64,000 nt of DNA from Antedon mediterranea. Lineage: Eukaryota > Animalia > Echinodermata. The stretch covers positions 7,789,888-7,853,887 of the forward strand of contig NC_092676.1 of the NCBI RefSeq assembly GCF_964355755.1, read 5' to 3'. The notes under the pieces were generated by a model. It ran no database searches, was not told the origin of the DNA, and saw nothing but the letters and a program-made list of their open reading frames with translations. The translations under genes and the position numbers were made by a program. Positions 37,188 through 51,667 of the stretch are shown here, one piece after another. Position 1 is the stretch's first letter, and every line of letters starts with the position of its first letter.

Positions 37188-40100
37188 GATCCATAACAGG
37201 AAGAAGCTGTCTACAGTAATTTTATATTTTTAAAGTTAAAAACCTTATAATTTTAAATCTTATCCTAATAATATCATTGTACAACCAATTCAACGTCAAT
37301 AATGATATCTTAATATTTACTGACTCAATATTTATTATTTGTATACTGTGGATGACACAGGTATGTGGGTAGGGTACGTTAACACACTTATAGATAAAAC
37401 AAAACTATATTGGCAGATTACTTACAGTTTACACCAGTAGGCATAATTGTATACTGAATTTGGTGTAGGCATAATTGTATACTGAATTCTATGAATTTTT
37501 GGAAATAAATAAAACATTTAAATGCAATAAACAAATATAATATAAAACCCCTATTGAATTAAGTTGACCAAATATTCAACCCATGACAAGATACCAAGGA
37601 CATTACTCAATGATTTCGTAATAATCAAGTGCTTTTTATATTATTGTATTTTTCCATCAATGAAGCATTAGTCTTATTGAATAGAAATCAATTCAGGCTA
37701 GGTGTGAATATTGCTTGAGGTAGGATAAAAGGCGCTGGAATGCACCTCTGCTTTTATATCAATTGTGATTGGTAGACACGGTTGATCCTAGTTGTATTTG
37801 AAAAACAACAAAATACTGTAGGACTGTATGGTATCAGTTACTACAGTTTTTATACAATGCATGAATGAAAGATTTTCCTGAAACATGATCCCAGTTCTGT
37901 ACTGCTTTTTTAGTAGTCGTTATTGCCAAATGGGAGACATTTGAGACCAAACAAAATGTTCATGACAATAAAAAAAAAAAATGAAGATGATGATGACTAT
38001 AACAAAACATACTTTCTATATCATTTCCTATCTTTTCATTAGATCAACTAATAAAATAGTAATGTATTGTATACATTTTCTAGACTTGACTACAAAAAAG
38101 TTTATGTGGCTTTGATTTATCTGTTGATAAACAGTAGTATACTAGTATTTTTATTAATTGACAGTCATTTATCAAATCTCCTAAAAACCGTACTTTGACT
38201 GACAAATCACTATTCTTGGTCCAAATCAATGCACAATTTAAAAGCTTCTTATCAATTAGCAGACCTGTGTATGTACATAGTTAGGCACAAACAAACTTGA
38301 ATATCTACAGTACTGCACCTCCCAAGGGCATCCAAACAGCTGACACAAGTGTGCTTTACCTGACAGTAAAACCACAAAGCTAAGCAAGATTTTTTCATAG
38401 GTAAACATTTATCAGTACAAAGCCCATCAAATGGCCAGTAAAAACAGAAAATCACAAGAAAGAGACATTATTTGAACAGGAATAACAAAATTCTATGCGA
38501 TACTAGTCAGATTTCAGTACAGGTATTTATACAGAAAGCTACTTGTGATTTTTGTGGTAGAAATCTCAGGATATATTACAAACAAGTTACTTTGGTTTTC
38601 TTGGATTTATACAATGAAAAGAATTACAAAAACCAATAGTGGTGTTAGTAGTCTATGATGAGTGCCACTTTCCTGGACATTAGCCCTGCTCTCTGGAGAC
38701 AGTGAACAAAAAGTAGAAGAATGTTATTTTACACCCCTATGAAATGGGACAGTCCACAATATGTATAACCCTGACATGTAACACAAACTGTTTCATGTTT
38801 GAAAAGTCAACTGAAAATAGGAACATTTTTGGGATGAAACCGACCAAAAAAAAAAAGATTGGAATTTAAGGAACAACAATAAAATGTTGACATTAGATAT
38901 TATTTGATTGACTGGTCACTCACAAACACCTTACAGTGAGCACTCCCAATCCCTGCATATGTTTGATGAACACATCAGATGATTATCTGCTTAAAACAGC
39001 CCAGTCAAATATGCCTTATTTTATGAGTATTTATTGTGACCTATATTGCATCACTGACAGCAACCAATATCATTCAACCTGTTTGGTAGAGCATAGAAAT
39101 ATTAGCGTCAATTTGCTTAAGCTTTTAATGCTCAAAAGCTTCTATTGAATTCAAGAAAAGAAAACGTTTCCGGTTAAATACAAAACACTATTTTATTATG
39201 TTGTTGAATACATGATTAAAATTGTATAAACGAAAAGATGGAGCCTACAATACAAATTTGTTTAATTGTCTATAATTTTGAATTTAAATTTTGATGGTAC
39301 AAATTAATATCTTGAGCTTTTTTAATGTTCACCTGTTCTATCAAAATAACATAATATTTTTTTATAAATTTGTTTTTGTTTTTTAGGCTGCTTCAACTGT
39401 TAAGTCAGTTGGGTGGGAGTCACTGAATATCGACAATGAAGGTGACTACACCTACCCTCTAATTACAAAAAGATGCAGAAAGGGGCACTAAAATGGATGA
39501 GTCATAGACACAGACAAATATTGATTTGTTAAAAAATTGCATGAACATCATATTCCGTAAGATCTAAAATCGTAAGACCCAACACTCAGTAAGGATTATT
39601 GCGTTACAGAATTTGCTGGAAATTGATGGCGTAGTATGTGACTAAACGACTATCAGGCGCATCGAAGTACCAGTAGAAAGATCCAGAAAGAGACACCAGA
39701 ATGTACGAGTTGCAGACAGAGACAAAGAAGGTAGTGACCTCTACGAAACGGCTTGAAAAGCCAACACAATGGATCGAGCGAATGGAGCATAAAATGTGAC
39801 AACTCGAGGAAAACAACCAACAACTACACAAAAAGAACATAGAATTAACTAATTGCAACCGACAAATCGCGATCTACATCAACATTCTAGAAAGTAGTAA
39901 TGAAAACGTATTTTATTCGTATTTATAAATACATGGTTCCATGTTGCTGTCATATCCGTCACATTTATGGAATATACAAAGATAGAAAAAATAACGGGTT
40001 AGGAATTATAAAATTATTTCCATTATTAATTCTTTGATACTATACAGTATTTTTTTCTCGATTAATCAAAAAATGATTGTTTTAACATTTATTAGTATGA

Positions 40101-40339
40101 TGTTATACGTTCAAAACCATTTACTATTCCAACAAATTTTAATTTTCATAAAATAGTATGACTTGTCTGTCAGTGATGTTTTACAACATTCTGTTGAACT
40201 AATATTACTAACCATTAACATACAGTAGTTAAAGTAGAATGTTTACATTTCAATTATACCAACAAATACAGTAATTGTAATGTTATTCCCGGAATTTCAC
40301 GATGATAAAGTAGCTAGATTGTTGGTGGAACATTTATTT

Positions 40340-41060
40340 ACTGTCGAAGAAAGAATCACTAGTAATGTTAAAGAAACACAGAATTGCAGGCGCTCGTGAA
40401 CCGGATGGTACTGTACCTGCGGTGTTGTCCTTTCTTGGCGTGGATTTTACATACCGCGAATCAAAGACCATTCCATCTTCAAAGTTCTTCTTGACGTTCG
40501 AGCTATGCATGCCTTTCAAGTAGGTTTCTTCATGTCCGGTCACTCCACTAGATCCAGAGCTTGTGGAGCGCATTGATCTGATTGTGAAGGAGCCTAAGAT
40601 TCGCAGGCCTATGTCTAATGATTTAACATCTGCTTTTCCGGTGCCGCAAAAGCAGTTTGACAGCTACATCGTGGCTCCAAGCATTCCAGAAGCTGCGAAT
40701 GAGGGGGTTTGTGAGGACCAAGATCTGGACCCGGCCAGGTCAAACTTTCTGAAACCAGAGGAAGTTCTCACATTCATCGACAGGGCTGCCAGTAAAACTT
40801 TAAGGACTACATCTATGGCAGGATATTTGTTATCTTTCCTTGCCGATCCGGAGCATCCACCACAAGGCAATTCAGATGTCATCGCATTGCGCCAGCAAAT
40901 TATAGGGCTGGTGGTGGACCAACAGACGACAATCTCCATGTCCTTGGCCACGGCCCTGCATAAACATTATCAGCTCAATTGACATCGCGCCGAATGAGTT
41001 CCGCCGGTTCACCACAACCGACTCCTTTGGCTTGTTTTCTTGACGCGTCCGACATTTTTG
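40340..41060 (+). pseudogene. Decayed coding fragment, possibly DIRS/Ngaro-type retroelement Gag
   Basis: GC-richer island with a 139-aa helical ORF and in-frame stops on either side; the family guess rests on weak recalled resemblance only. Confidence 0.3.
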
Positions 41061-43120
41061 GTCAGTACGGTATACGGAATTTACCACAAGATGTAGACAC
41101 TATCCTATTTATTTAACATTTAGTGTACTGTGTTTATTTCTAAACATTTAAATACACTAATAAAAGAAATTCATGCATACTTAAATTTTTTAAATAGTTT
41201 ATTAAACTTACCAAAAATTTGCCTCAAAATAAATCTTAATGCACTCAATCAATTATCAATAATCAATTACCAATCAGGCATCAACATAAAATGTCATTAA
41301 ATGACATTTCTTTTGAAAAATAACTTACGATATCGGTTAAAATCAAACAGGAGTTGGCTATAGAGGCTAGAGTTACAACTGTCCTTATAAAAGCTTGTGA
41401 TCTAACAAATTTATTAATACTGTGTACGCCACTCAAATTAAATACAACAGATCGTATCAGTATCAGTACTATTGTTAAATGAATATATTTGGATGCGTAT
41501 TTAGATTAATTAGCTCATAAACCTACAAACAACCGCATCTTGTACTTGAGTAAACTCTTGATGCGCATCAAAGTGAAATCTCTGAGCCGCAACACACTGA
41601 TGATCTTACTGACATCCATTAGATACGACAAATGCATTCCAAGATTTTAAATCAATCATCTTTCATCGCTGATTGTTGTACTTCTTAAGAAGTTAGAGAT
41701 TTGGGGAAAAAAGAGTTGCAACAAGAAATCAAACGAGATTTTACACATTGTGACCTAGCCCTACTTTTACAATGCATATTTGTATGCTATAGCAAACAAG
41801 AATATTAATTATACTGTAATATGGTAGTCATAGCTGTACAGTCTGGATGAGTACATAACAATACTCTACAATATTTGTTTAACTGTATATTACATACACC
41901 TGTACGTATTCATGAATGGTTTAACGTAAATAATTATATACAGAGTGTATAATTAACACCCAGTACTGTGTAGTATACAACTTACTAAACTGTAGTCTCA
42001 ACAAATATTATGAGAGCGAAGTTATGATTCAATGTTTTCATCTTTATTGAATCATCATAAAAAAACATTTTATTACCTGCTGAATTGAATTTGATAATGA
42101 AAATGTTTTACAATCCAATGATGAATGTACAATGCACAGGCTGCACAGGCAGTGTGACCACGACGTTTTGTACTGTAGTGTGTGTTCAAAGATAAAATAA
42201 GTTTTGACTCCTCTCATTGCCAAACCTTGCTTTATTCAGATAACCTAGTACCGTAGTACACTGTACAGTAGTATTGATGCCCTACATACTACAGGATGTT
42301 GAGCTTCAGAGATCATAGGGTTTATCTGTGTCTGTGTTTATCTAAATATGTACAGTACATATTACAGTACTGTTGGTATTTGTCGCAGCCAGACGTAAGA
42401 TCAAAAGACTGTTACTTTGTTAACAAGGTGATCAGTGTCTTGTTGTTAGATTGCCTTGCTTTACTGTAGATAACAAACAAACTTCTTACTTAGATAACAT
42501 GGAATTTAGTTAAAAATTAGATGAAAATCCGCAACCTTTCCAATAATCTTTGTACCGGTCACAGCTTTATTTCATCATTTATTGATCTTGAAACTGATGT
42601 ATTTCGGACAAATACGGATTATGGAAATTAGAACAATGTTCTTGATAATCTAACTTCAAGATTTAGGTTTCTAGTTCAGATTAAACATCTTTTTCCTATC
42701 TGGATTGCAGTGAAAATAAACAAACTTTCTTGTAATTGTAATCAATCGATCAACATAATGTAAATTATGCTATTATAATAAGTTTTCATTTCATTTGTTT
42801 CAATACAAAGAGAGGCCTCAGGTCCATTTTACAATAGGTCATAATCATTTTTGCAAAAATTCTATTTATTTTAATTTAATTTTAATAGTTGAATCATATT
42901 GCATTTTTGTGAGGGTCAGTAATGATCATGCTCGGCTGAATGGACCTCATAAAACATTGTTGAAATAAATAAAAAATAAATAAAATAAATCTCTTTTTTT
43001 TTTTATTATTTTTAAACTAAATATTTATAAATGCAAAAATCTTAATTTTTTGTAAATCATTTGTTAATAAAAATATTCCTATGCTTACGAGTTTACAGCG
43101 TACAGCACACACTGCAACCT

Positions 43121-43443
43121 TGAATTGAAATTGAATTGAAATATTTTATTTATACTGGGCGACCTCTTCAGTCACAGACTGGTCTCCCAGAGGGCCCAGT
43201 TATGATCAGTGGCTGTGATGTACTAATACACCGGGGTAACCCCCTACTCGTCTCGAAAGATGTACTAGGTTCTTTAAAGTGCACATGAGCTAGATGTGTA
43301 CACTGGACCTATGGTTTATAGTCCTTATCCGAGAAGACTCGTTCTACCACCAGAACCATGGAGTGAGTGAGCCTCGAACCCTTGCCGATGTTATGGCTAC
43401 GTAATTACGGTTCCACTGTCTTAACCGCTCGGTCACTCACTCC
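43121..43443 (-). mobile_element. tRNA-derived SINE with LINE-like 3' tail (partial copy about 47243-47380)
   Basis: Minus-strand head GGAGTGAGTGACCGAGCGGTTAAGAC...GGTTCGAGGCTCACTCACTCC (A box, B box, acceptor-like stem), followed by a body and a (TTCAA)n tail. Confidence 0.8.
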
Positions 43444-46400
43444 ACCTTGGTTTGTATGTGTGCATCCCGGTGAGAGATTTGCTAGGCAATATGAAAGGGG
43501 TACGATATTAAAGTTCCTTCTTAAGTACTGTACCTGAATAAACCGATAATGGCCTACAGTATTCTCCTTAAAGAACTTGAAAAGTGGAAAATTGAATGCA
43601 AAACTCCTCTATATAAATGGAATCATGCCTATAAATCACCAAAATTTCTTTTCGAAACATGAAAAGAAATGTTAATATTCTATCAATCAGTAATTATTAA
43701 TCAGTAGATTTTTCAATACGAGTTCAGCAACCTACCGTACAGCAGGTTAACATATAAGATATTGACGTTGACGCATACAGCTGTACATTATGATACAAAC
43801 TAGAGTGATTATCATCAAAGTCAACAACAATAGACCACTTATCAAATGATGTTTATCAAAATACAAACACTACATTGACAGATATTGTTTAAAAGTTTAT
43901 TCTCCTCAGTTAATGTACTGTATGCACAGAGAAATGTTATCCTGGTTTAGGTAGAATACTGTATACTGTAGATCAAATCTAAGGTGAAAATGTTCATGAT
44001 TTTATATATAAATTACTGAATAAAATATGGATTTAAAAGATATTTTGGATGTGGATGTTTTAAAAAATAGTTGATTCAAAACAAGAAAGAAATAAGAAAA
44101 AAAAATATAAAAAATGTTTTTATATTTTTAACAGAACTTCTTTCTACTGTACCTATTAGTATTACTGTACATCCAAGTTATAACATTATTTTCTATGTGT
44201 ACACTACAATATACTATCTATAGTAGTACTGTAGTTATCATACTGTACGCAACACTAACTGCGAACAAATCAAAATTCATTGTCAATGTCATGTACTGTA
44301 TTAAACTGTACTAGAGTACTGTATGTACTCTGCACTACTTAATTATCACTAAGTTGTAGTACTGTACAGCATTTTTACTACAGTATAACAACATAGTAAA
44401 GTTCTATTGTAAATATGCTTCTAATGTTACATTCAAAAAGGGGTCGAGGATCATCACGGGTGATAGGGTAATAGGTCTGTACATTGGCCCCACCTAATGT
44501 GCTGGAATGCTGCCATACCACAGCCTTGCTAACCTCTGCTCAGCAGCAAATTATGATTCGTCTGGTTTATATCAAGTTCCCTGCAGTGATTGTGTTCATT
44601 TTGATTAAATACAATTATGGATTTGGATACTGTGTCAAAATACTGAAGTCTGTCATCACAACACGTTTTAAAATCACATTTATACTTCTACTGACAATAA
44701 ATTATGTTCCATCAACAAAAGTGCTTATTACATCTATAGTATAACAGTAGTACCCTGTGTGGTATACTATAGTACTGTATCTATTTTCGAATGACAGTTT
44801 TCTCAAGATTTGAGGACTTGATAAAAGAGAAATATGATTTCATACTGACATGCATTTGTTTTCCGACTTGTTTTAAACATTATAATCTTAAACAAATCAA
44901 GTTATAACAGTAGTTTTCTAATATACGGCGGCGAAACGTTGAGAAATGGTGAGTTATGTATTGGCGTTGCTGCCAAATAAGGGTGCGGTCATGGATGATA
45001 CTGGCACTACTGTAGCTTGGTGGCAAATACTAAGAATATTTGTACTTTTAGATTTGCTCTCCCCTCAATGGGGAATGTAGGTTTATCCAGGCACTGTACA
45101 GTATGCTAGTCATGTACAGTAATGCACTAAAATTTAAATTTTCATATAATAATATTCGATAAATGTAGCCATTTTCAAATTTTTTAACAGGAATACATAC
45201 AGTAACAGTAAGGCATACATCCCATTTAAAACTTTTCATCATGAAACAAGATTTGAAGATTTAATAATAATATCAAAATTACCATCACCAAAAATACATT
45301 GTTGTCACTAAACCAACAATTCAATAATTGTGTTATATATTGGTGTCCACTTGATCTAAAAGTCTCTAATATTAATAATAACAACAATTGCACAAAAGGA
45401 CAAGACAAATGATCTATTTTAATGACAATTAGTATTTACTTTGGTGAGAAAACGAACGCGGTATCAAACATGCCACAACGGTTTCAAATAATCGCAATCA
45501 ATACCAACCACAACGTAATGATAAACTATCTTTTAGTTGATGAATTTGAATCAATAATAGTTTCTAAATATGATACATTATTGTATGAACTATTAATGCA
45601 AATATTGATAGGCAGTCTATGACAAGATCGCCGTCAGCTGTAAACAATACTCCATTCTATAGATTTTCACCAAGAAATTATCTCTTTAATTAGCCGCATT
45701 TATTGAATCTGTATTCATTGTTATTTACCGTATAGCATGGTTCAATTTACTACTACTAGCTGGCATCATAAGAAGCCAAAATGACATAATATACAGGACA
45801 TAAAGTGTAAAATTCCTTTATTAAATGATGTATTGTCCTAAAAAACATAAAAAATGAAAATTAATATAATATTACAGTAGAAAGGCCATTTTTGTATTTT
45901 TAAAAGTTCCAATCACTTCCATAGAAAAATAAACAAATGATGTTTTTACCTATAAAAAGACAAAATCGGTTTTAAATTCAACCAAAAACCCATTGGCTAG
46001 CAGCAGCTGCCAATTTGATTATTTTTTGATCTAAATTACAGTTTTTTTCAAATAAATTTGTGAATAATTTTTGTTTGGTCACAAATTTTGGTCTAAGTGA
46101 ATAACTATATGTAATAAAATGTTTTTCAGGGGGATATATACTGTAAATTTTATAAGTGACACACAGATTATTTGTGTACAGTAGTTTTGTTTTATTCTGC
46201 ACTGGAAATGTTTAAATATAATGGTAACCTGATTCTCATTCTTTATACTACAGCTACAGTAGTGAGTCTTTGATTAAAATAATTGAATAAATAAAATAAA
46301 TAAATTACAAGTTCAAAAGTATTTTACTATGTTTCACGTTCACAGCAGTTAATACAGTAGCTTATTTACTATAGACTGATTGATAATATTTATAAATCTA

Positions 46401-48301
46401 ACATAATTATTACCATAATCAATTCATAGGTTAGGCCAAATTGTAACACTTGCTATTCATGGCCTGACTCTATGAAAATACTCATTTTGCTTCATTTAAT
46501 CCGAAGTGCCTATAGCTATATTTTATTTGTATTGATCAACAGAAAGGACAAAGCTCTATTGGTTTGTGGAATGGCTTACTGAATTTATAAAATGTGAAAA
46601 TTTAGAGGGTTATGTGCTATTGCTATACGTTTTATAAATAAACTGCTCTCAAACTTTTTTTTTTTACGGTGAAGCCGATTAATGGTCTAATGCTACTACA
46701 CTGTACACTAACCATTTACCAGTTGTTCAGATTTATCAACTGAAAAATAAAGTGTGAAATGGCTCTAGATGACAAATGGTATTTTGACAGTTAACACTAG
46801 TTTAATAGCATGGGGTATTATTATTACATCCATGGTGGTTTGTATCCTATTCAAATAATATGCCAATCAAATCGAAGTGTACAGTATTAATTCATACCAT
46901 TTCAAATCCTGTGCACTAAATAAAATCACAACTAGAACCTTGCAAAAGAATTGTAGTATTGGCAAGATGAAATCCCAGAAAGTTTGCTAACTTTCAGTTT
47001 TATATTACTCAGGGGTTTTTCTACCAGCAGTAAAAGTTAAACATGTCATCTGCTCTAACAAATGTTATTGCTTGTTGTAAGGTATTTAAAAAGTGAACTA
47101 AAAATACAACGTTACTGTACTGTACCTGCCATCAAAACTGTATTGTTAGGCACTTTTAGATTTTAACGTCGACTATGTTAGAGTCACGAGTACCAGTGGA
47201 CGTATGGAATAGCACCATGGAGGAGTACTACTATAGATATTACACATGAGCCAGTGTGTACACTGGACCTACGGTTTATATAGTCCTTATCCAAGAAGTC
47301 TCTCCAGAACCATTGTCGATGTTAATATGGCAAGGTATTACGGTTCCACTGTCTTAACAGCTTGGCGACTCACATTCACTCAATCTATGTTACAGAATTA
47401 TAACAAAACACTGTACGAAATACTATACATTTGGGCTTCCAATTTAAATGTATTTGGACATGATGGTTATATGGGATAAAACTATTCCTAGTCTAAATTT
47501 AACCATTGTTTCTTTATTTGATTATGTCTGTCAACAAATCAATAGATTAATTGTCCAATGAAGTTATCAAGGTTACAGCAAGTGTTCACATCACATTGTC
47601 TTTAAGCACATTAGTCCTAATACTTTAATTCCTTATTCAAATTCCTTTTATTTCTGTTGTACAGTAAGGACGTTTGTAGTGGTTTATTGAGTATTGTCAT
47701 TAGAGAAGCTTGGGAAAGCGAAACAAAGAAAATGGACAAAATCCAAATAAAAGTAGTTCAGAGATCTGAATAGTTGGATTTGAGATTATCTCTTTAAAAG
47801 CCATCAATAAGGATTATTGTTAATCTTAGTATTTGTATCCAGTTTTATTTTAGAAAAAAGATATAATTTTTTATCTGTGTTTTGTTCGACATTAGATAAT
47901 ATTATTAGGCCTACAGTTTTAGTAACAAGTGAAATTATACCTGCCAACTTTTTCAATAGCCAATCCGTGAGAGACATTAAATCAAGTGCCTATGTTATGA
48001 CTCAAATTAATCCACAAATATGCCCTCTATATTTAAATATTTAGGCTTTCCTGTACTATATCAACCATAAATACAAATTATAAACATAGGCTAATTAATT
48101 AAATAGCATGCAGTCAAAGGCTATTTTTGGACTTCAAAAAAGGCAAGTTAATTTCAAAATAATGTTTTTTCTAAATATTTTTATGGACGTTTGAGAAATA
48201 GCCACATACTGTATGTACGAGGAACAAAAAATCAGCCTTCATGCGTTAGACTAGCGCAGGTATACGAAAGCCATGTGAATCGCAAAGTTACGAGTTTCAG
48301 C

Positions 48302-48851
48302 GGGTATTGCTAAACCCCGCAAACCCCCGCAAACCTCCAAAAAAACATAGCAAACCCCATCGAACCAACATAAAAGTGATTGAATCATGTAGTGTACAAC
48401 TCACTAGGTATATCCATGTAAAACAAATATTAAATTTCTACTGTTAACTACTTATTTTTGGGGTAAAACATCATTTTTTGGTCAAAAATGATTGCTAATT
48501 TTTAACCAAAAAATGATGTTTTATCCCCCAAAAAGTAGTTAACAGTTGAAATTTAATAATTTATATACCCAGTGGGTCGTACAGTACATTATTTAATCAC
48601 TTTTATGTTGGTTCGGTGGGGTTTGCTATAGTTTTTTGGAGGTTTGTGGGGTTTAGCAATCATTTTTGACAAAAAAAATGATGTTTTACCCCAAAAATAA
48701 GTTGTTAACAGTAGAAATTTAATTTTTTTTAAACATTAATATACACAGTGGGTTGTACACTACATGATTCAATCACTTTTATGTTGGTTCGGTGGGGTTT
48801 GCTATGTTTTTTTGGAGGTTTGCAGGGTTTGCAGTGTTAATAGCAATACCC
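48302..48851. mobile_element. Palindromic MITE with 8-bp target duplication (Merlin- or hAT-like)
   Basis: GGGTATTGCTA...TAGCAATACCC ends; GTTTCAGC on both flanks; internal about 180-bp unit present once forward and twice inverted. Confidence 0.75.
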
Positions 48852-50019
48852 GTTTCAGCAATTGCACAGGGAGGAGGCCTAAACTGTACAAGACCTAAAC
48901 ACTGGTGAGATGAATAGAAGAAGAATAACATATGGAATAGATAATGTAGGGTATTAAAAGAAAAATTAAGTGTATTGAATTGAATTTGTGTCAATATATT
49001 TGTGTCAATATACTTGTGTCGTGAAGGAAATAATTACCATTTAACAAGAAAAAAAGCATCAATTGTTTACTTCAATAAACACAAACACATTTTAATATAA
49101 AAAAAAACACTTCTCCATTTAATTATGTACAGTATCATTGATTTATTAATATTATATTTATTATAATTATTTTGTTTGTAGCCAACATGCATACGAATAA
49201 AATAAATTAATTAATTAAACTACCTAGCCTAGGCTAGATAGAGGCCTATTATGCCCCAAGCTCACTTACACAGTAGGCCTACTACAGTATGCTCATGGTC
49301 ACCCTTTTTAGTATACTGTTGTCTAGCATCTCTACTCTTGTCTCACTCACTTCCCCTAATGTAACATATATGCTGTAGGTAGGCCTAGGCCTAGTTAGTT
49401 TTTTTATTTAGGCTAGACCTAGGTAGGCCAGATAGTAAGTAAGGACACTCAACTCAGCTCACTCTCTCAGACAGTGAATTAGTAATAGGAGTTATGCTAT
49501 TATCGACTGACAAACTCAAATCTAAGCTCCTACCTGTATTCAGTGCCTGTATGTTGTCCTGATTATTATCCAAAAAGCGCTTTTGTAAACTAGGTTAGGT
49601 TTCTAGTAGAAGTTACATTAATTTCACGAACACATTTCCATGTTGTTGTTATAAACAATCATCGTCGTCTGCTAAATTCCCTTACTAAAAAATGTTTCCA
49701 ATAGTTTGGTCTATAGATGGCGCTATTTAATTTTTGTATAAAAACTTCGAAAACTTTTATATAATAAATATTGCCTTATTATAATAGACTGTATTTAATT
49801 ATTTTAACATAAATTAATCAAATAAAAAACAAATAAAATTCCCTGTAAAAAGTATTGTAGTTAATGTTCTTATTTATTTTCCTTGATATCAATAGTACGA
49901 CACTGTTTTTTTGTATGTTTATGCAAAATAAATTTTAAAATCTTCAGGTGGGTGTCTTTTATAGTTCATTGTCGAATATCGACCGGAGGGCGGCCCGGTT
50001 TCCTAATAACTGTACAAAG

Positions 50020-51667
50020 TTATTCTGCTACCGTCGGCATGTGACTCTGAGCAGCTACCTTCTTCAAATCCATACACTTTCTGGTTATTTTAAGACCGTA
50101 CAGCAGTGCCTCTAATGTCAGTCGAGCTGATGGATTTTGCTCAGTGCAATACTTAGCATACTTATTCAAGACTTTCAATCCACTATATTCGCTTATGTCC
50201 TTAAGTACAGCGCCCAATGCATAGATATCTGTTGCGACGGTAGGTGGTGCTCCTGTTAGAAGCTCTGGAGCATGTCCTATATATTTAAGGCATTTAACCT
50301 TCGCAACTTCTTCGGTCATATTAAAACCACGTTTAATCGGTGTGTCTATTGCACAAACAAATCCGAAATCTACTATCTTGATTTCTAATTCTCCGGCGAT
50401 TGAATGATAAAGCATGATGTTTCTTGACGCTAAGTCATTGTGCAAGAGGCCATGTTGATGTATGACTTGTAACCCTTTTGTAATCTTCTCAGCGAGTTTA
50501 ACGCATCCAAGTGGAGACACTGAGATGTCTTTATCCTCTGATAAGAAACACAAGTCAAGCAACGTCATAGTTTCTATACTGTGGTAGACGTTGATGAACT
50601 CCATCAGAATGTAAACAAACGACTTGCTTTCGTGGATGCCATGAAAATTAGGAAAGTAGTCAGATGATCGTAGTAGCTTCATGGCTCTTGCTTCAAGCTG
50701 GACTTGTTGGCGTTCCAATTCTGTTGCAACAGGTACTATTTTTATAGCGTACATTGGTGAACGCCTGCCTTTGATATTAGCAAGTGCAACTTGTCCATAA
50801 GACCCGCCTCCAAGGTGATACGGCTGCTTTGTATCTGGTTGAATAATGTTCATGTTCATCTGAGAAAATTCAAAGGATTCGACGTCTGGCAACAATGCTG
50901 ACAATCTTGCAAGACCAGGTTGGTTTGTCACTGCTACCTTAGCTTTGTCAATGTAAACTGTTTCAGGTTGACTTGCTTCTCTTGATACCAAATATGTGTT
51001 ACACCTGGTTGCTGGTTTCACTTCTGACGACGACGCCGATGACGTAATCTTTTTAGCCATGTCCATCGGTTGATCCATTCCATCTTTGTCAACCGAGCTC
51101 TCCACTTCGATGAGCGGGGCGACTTTATTTTTTGGCAAGAACACTGGAAAGTATTTGCCAATAACTCTACGGACACTTTTAATTCTAAGTGCGTCTGGCC
51201 CTTCTCCCGAAGCTTCATCGGCATATGGTTTTACATTAATTCTAAAAAAAAGTATTCGTATTATAGTGTTACAGTATGTATATGACAATATAAGAAGAAT
51301 ATATGTTGAGTAAAACATTATTCGCCCACTTCAATTTAAAAAAACAAGTCGCGTCTGCAACTAAGGTAATCAACGGCGCCCAGATACGGCGGCGAGAATT
51401 AATCCAACCACTCTCTCACTCCCCCAGCTCACTACCCCTCCCCGTCCTACTCTCTCACTCCTCCAGCTCACTACCCCTCACCGTCCTACTCTCTCAGCTC
51501 CCCCAGCTCACTACCCCTCACCGTCCTACTCTCAGTTTCCCAGCTAACTAAAGCTAGGGCTATATACAGTAAGTACCTACTCACCGATTGACTTTAACAT
51601 GGGTATTTCTCCTTCCAAAAGTAAGGTTGCGCATCTGAAGTTTGCGAAACCAAGATCGGCGAGGCAT
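50020..51667 (-). CDS. Divergent non-RD protein kinase, 2 coding exons (51585-51667, 50020-51241), about 434 aa
   Basis: GGGSYGQV G-loop, AIK, alphaC Glu, HNDLASRN catalytic loop, DFG, APE, TDIYALG. Exon 1 MPRRSWFRK...VKVN-CG|GTGAGT joins TTTTTTTAG|A in phase 2. Probable UTR intron with donor near 51807 and acceptor near 51677. Confidence 0.85.
51410..51545. repeat. About 38-bp pyrimidine-rich tandem repeat (about 3.5 copies) in the kinase intron
   Basis: CTCTCTCACTCCCCCAGCTCACTACCCCTCACCGTCCTA-like unit repeated. Confidence 0.85.

Noticed and set aside
43355-43443. tRNA gene
   Set aside because: The cloverleaf is degenerate and continues into a SINE body and tail, with a second partial copy in the window.
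51242-51318. N-terminal hydrophobic signal peptide of the 432-aa kinase ORF
   Set aside because: This is intron read-through upstream of the TTTTTTTAG acceptor at 51242; a proper upstream exon exists.
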